Below, piece after piece: positions 59,967-64,000 of a DNA stretch of 64,000 nt. The notes below the pieces were generated by a model. That model saw nothing but the letters and a program-made list of their open reading frames with translations. It was not told the DNA's origin and did not search any database. Numbering within the stretch: position 1 is the stretch's first letter; each line of letters begins with the position of its first letter. The translations under genes were made by a program, and so were the position numbers. The stretch lies in NCBI GenBank assembly GCA_010093705.1, contig MU006092.1, positions 1,516,111 through 1,580,110 of the forward strand, in the 5' to 3' direction. The stretch comes from Patellaria atrata CBS 101060 (taxonomy: Eukaryota).

Positions 59967-61487
59967 ACGGAGACTTTGTGAAAAGGAGATATAACGAAGG
60001 GTTAGGAAGGGGAACAATAGTGAGACTAAGATAGGCATAAGATACTCAAGACTAAGAATTGAACCATTTGATCCACCATGACGTCGAACGAGCCAAACAA
60101 CTCGTGATGATATCTACGAGATATCGCTGAGATGTTCAGATGAGACGGGACGGCTGTCGGATCCTTCAGCCGTGGTTGCCTCTTCGGGCATGTCCAGCAG
60201 AAAGCGACCTAACATCGAAAGACCCAGAGATAACTTACGAATACAGTCGTCCTAATTTTTGATTGTGATATAGATTTAGGTTGTGACTGACTTACAGATT
60301 GCAGAACGCCATCTCTTGACATTCTGTCGCATGATTCATCCATCAATCCTTTGACACGGGAGAGAAGAAAAGAACTTCACACTGGGTTCACCGTTTGAAG
60401 CTTGAGCAATTGATATCGAGAATTAAAAGATATGAATCGTTTGTCTCAGAAATATTTCATGTATGAACTTTCGTCTCTAGATGACGGTAAATATTATCGA
60501 GGCTGAAATGAGTATGTCGAGGGTTTATATAAGAGAGGACTTGAGGTTCAATCATGTTGAATGTGTACTTTAGAGTCAGGCAACCTTTCGGCACAGACCA
60601 CTGAGGATATCGCGGGACGGCTAAATCCATCTTCAACGACAGCACTAGTTCTACAGTAGCCCAGCAACCCAGCAGCCCTACTCTTGTTATGATGTTGTAC
60701 CGTTGGACGAAATCGTTATCCGCATGACCGTCACCGCCCTTTTCTTTATCTTTCCAGAGATATAGGATGGGGGATACGCCGTCATCGTTCTGGGTGTCTG
60801 GTGCACAGAAACTTCATCCCCCTCCGCGGCACCTCGACGCGCGTGGTTCTACCCATACGTGTCGCACATGATCTATCATGGAAGCCAGACACATAAGCCA
60901 ATGCCAAACAGAACTTTTCCCATCCCATAGCAGATAACACAGTCAGGATGTGCTAGACTTCCATGGAGTTGACAACGGTCCAGGGGCGACAAGTAAAGAG
61001 CCAGCAACAATGTCCGGGAACCGCTGCATGAATCACTCAGTTAATCTATGTTTTGCTCATTATCGCCCATGGAATGAGAGCGTATATAATCACTCTCAAC
61101 CGTGTCGCACGTCTAAACGGATACGGGATCTCGTTGCCCCCAATTCATCATCTATTACCTGATTTTCCCATTCCCAAGATAAAGAGCATGAACCTCTCGA
61201 CAGCATAGACGAGCAAGAACATTCCAGAGTAAACATTTCAAGTAAGCATCAATTTTATCTATAGCTCTCATATCTATTATACAAATGAAAACAGGGCACA
61301 AATTCCCTCCTATGAATTCTAGATGGTATAGAACATAAGCACACCTCTCTAGTAAGATAAGCAACATAGCTTTATGAACCTTTTTAATCCTTCATTAGAA
61401 ATTTTTCCATGGGTATCATTCTGTCTAATATGTCTTCTAACTTTTACCACGGTTGTATGGACTATTTCGATAACACCCGGTTATTTC

Positions 61488-63547
61488 TCAATTTCTAGGT
61501 TCGAAGACACACCAAGTCGGACCTGGTTGCGCGGTGACCTGGTCTTTCATATCTCGCATTGGAGCCTCACTATCGTACTGTTCCGAGAAGCGGATCTTGA
61601 ATCTTTTCAACAAGATAGCTGCTACATATCGTAGTTCGACCCAAGCAAGCGTTTTACCGACGCACATACGACTGCCTGTAGAGCAACATTCAGTTGGTTT
61701 TACAACTTAACGATCTATTCTTTAGGGAGAAAACTTACCGGTATTGAATGGCGCATATGCTCTTTTGTCGTGGCAAAGCTCTGGTTGCGAGTACCACCGT
61801 TCCGGGATGAACTCGTTTGGATGCTCGAATGCTTCGGGCACTAAAGGACAGTCAATTAGTGGAAGTTGACTGGAAATTGTTTAAGCTGGACGTACTCCTT
61901 GCAAGTACATATTTCGGTGCAGTAACTTTTACTCCTCCTGGAATCCATGTATCATCGAACCAGAGACCTTCCGGGCCTGTTATTCTTCCGCCACCGGTCA
62001 GTTGAGGGGGAACTAGACGCAATGCTTCGTGAATAACTCCGTTGAGATGCGGAAGTTGAGCAAGTGCGTTCGCATCAGTAACATCAACGTCTTTGATTTC
62101 ATCATAAACCTTTTCCGCATCTTTTTGGTGCTTGGCCAAGAAGTACCAGGTGCTGATGAGAGTTGCACGTGCGGTATCACTATCATCGGGCGCATAACCG
62201 TTAGTTATAATAATTCTTATTTGAACCTCTTATATCTTACCTGCCGGCCACCACAACTGTTACGGAATTACCGCTTAGAAGCGCTTGACGACTGGCGAGG
62301 GTATCGGCTGAAGTTGGCTTATTATACTCATCAATGAACCAAGATGCAATGTTTGTATCCTTGACAGTTTTCTGGTACTTGTCGTCAGTAAGGGACTTCT
62401 CATCTAAGGTGCGGTATGACCGACCTTCATCCGCTTCTCCATCTGCTCTTCGCAGAACGCGATCATTCCCAGGAAATCTTTCACTTTTCCTAGCCATGGG
62501 AAAAAGGCAAATGCGAACCGAACGATCCAGGGGATATCATTAATAGGAGCAAGCAAAGAAAGAGCTTGGTGTTGGCGCCACATGGCCGGATGCCATTTGT
62601 TCGACCTCATCATACCAAAATCTTCACCAAATGTAACTTCTCCCATGGCATCGAAGGAGTACCAAGACATGATATCATTCACATTGACCGGTTCAGCTCC
62701 ATAGGAAGCGACACGGTCACCTAGCTTTTCGGTCAATCGTGCGAGCCTTGGAGCATAATCATTGACAGCTGACAGTTTCTGTATCAGCTACCCGCATTAC
62801 CAACCCAAGATTCGTGGCGTACCTTTTGTGGACACTGATTGACTCCATATCTTGCGCCTAATCTTGTGGTGTTCTTCATTTCGCGTAAAGATGGATGAAG
62901 TGCGTGGCTGCAATATATCATACCATCCATCTTTGTACGTCTTGTTCTTTGGACCGTCGAGGATTTCTACTGCTCCGGTATGGAACACAGTAATCTCATT
63001 AGGGCCTAATGATTATCAGCCACATTCTGTTTGGTATTGGGGGTAACACCAAGCCCTATGAAGCGATCGAGCTAGCTGGACGACTCGTCATGCTGTTCAC
63101 TTGAACATACACCGACAAACCCTTGAGGATTGGGGAATATTTACCTGTACGAACGAAACTACCATACTCCTCGTGTATTCTTGTCATAAGGAGATAATTG
63201 GTGGAGTTCCGATTATGGAAGATTTGCCAAAACTTCGTGACAGCCGCAAGCTTTGGTCCAGGGAAATGACGAAGTCTATGAAAGAAGAGTCGATATATAG
63301 TCATACTCGAGAACAATCCGGCCAGATAGGATGCGAACATCAGTCCAGTAGTGTGGAGCTGCCATCCTGTTCCACCAGATGGGGAGACTTTCGTTACTAG
63401 AATCCACCAAATGCTACACAGGAGCGTGATATGGCCGAAGACGATTGGCTTTGTGCGCATGTGCCATTCCCCATGGATAAACAAGCCTATATGCGCAAGA
63501 ACACCAAACGCGGACGATCCCGCGAACAATATGACTGAAGACAACAT
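61488..63547 (-). CDS. Cytochrome P450 monooxygenase, multi-exon
   Basis: N-terminal TM, FPGP, I-helix AGSDT, ExxR (EALR), PERW and the spliced heme motif FNTGSRMCVG. Stop at 61490-61488. Confidence 0.95.
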
Positions 63548-64000
63548 TTCAAGAATTTACAACAACTTTGAAGAAGAGAGAAACCCGAGACCATAATCAA
63601 GATACTTTTGTAAGAGCTACTAGTGCTTCCGTGTAGGACAGCCAGCCAGCCGCAACTTTCCACGACCATTATTGCACCCTACTATCTTACCACTCAGACG
63701 CTCCATAAGCGAGAGTTAGAACTAGCTAAGAAGTCGATGGAAGCAACCCATGTCTTACTCGGAGCTGCCCTACAAAGTGCTCAAGGATTACTGTACTATC
63801 CGGCCCCGGTCGATTATTACAGAAAACTAAAAAATACGCAATATCCCGGAATTATCGTTTTCTGGGGGGGAAATCTTATCATGAAAGCTGAATCGCACAG
63901 GCCAAACCCTTTCTAGCGCCTACAAACACGCCGCAGCGCAGCAGTTACGGACAAATTCAACGGGTGTACAGTATCTTGCCTAAGAACGAGTACCTCAATA

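Noticed and set aside
61488..64000. P450 as part of a secondary-metabolite cluster
   Set aside because: No backbone enzyme in the window; neighbours beyond 64 kb are not visible.

Overview
Eukaryotic DNA from a filamentous ascomycete, judged from short GT-AG introns with CTRAC branch points and an intron-containing tRNA. Recognisable genes: a DUF3405 protein, a GIG1/DUF3605 protein, TIM50 divergent from an HTM1/MNL1-type GH47 mannosidase, a 10-Cys small secreted protein, a SLATT_fungal 2TM protein, a caspase-fold protein, a ferric reductase, an FMP42-like MFS transporter, tRNA-Ile(UAU), a secreted protein with an N-terminal His (LPMO-like), a degenerate SGNH protein, RPD3 divergent from RPN11, the Aspf2/Pra1 plus ZrfC zinc-scavenging pair with ZafA and PacC sites, and a cytochrome P450. 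Three genes are visibly disrupted. The most unusual feature is at about 12.4-18.6 kb, an ORF-free stretch holding at least 11 diverged head-to-tail minus-strand units. Each unit has a TATA-like box and a pyrimidine tract, and most have a complementary purine tract 60-250 nt downstream that can fold back using G-U pairs. Several units share short motifs. This is a candidate cluster of structured non-coding RNAs. All family assignments come from motif recognition by eye; no searches or folding programs were run.
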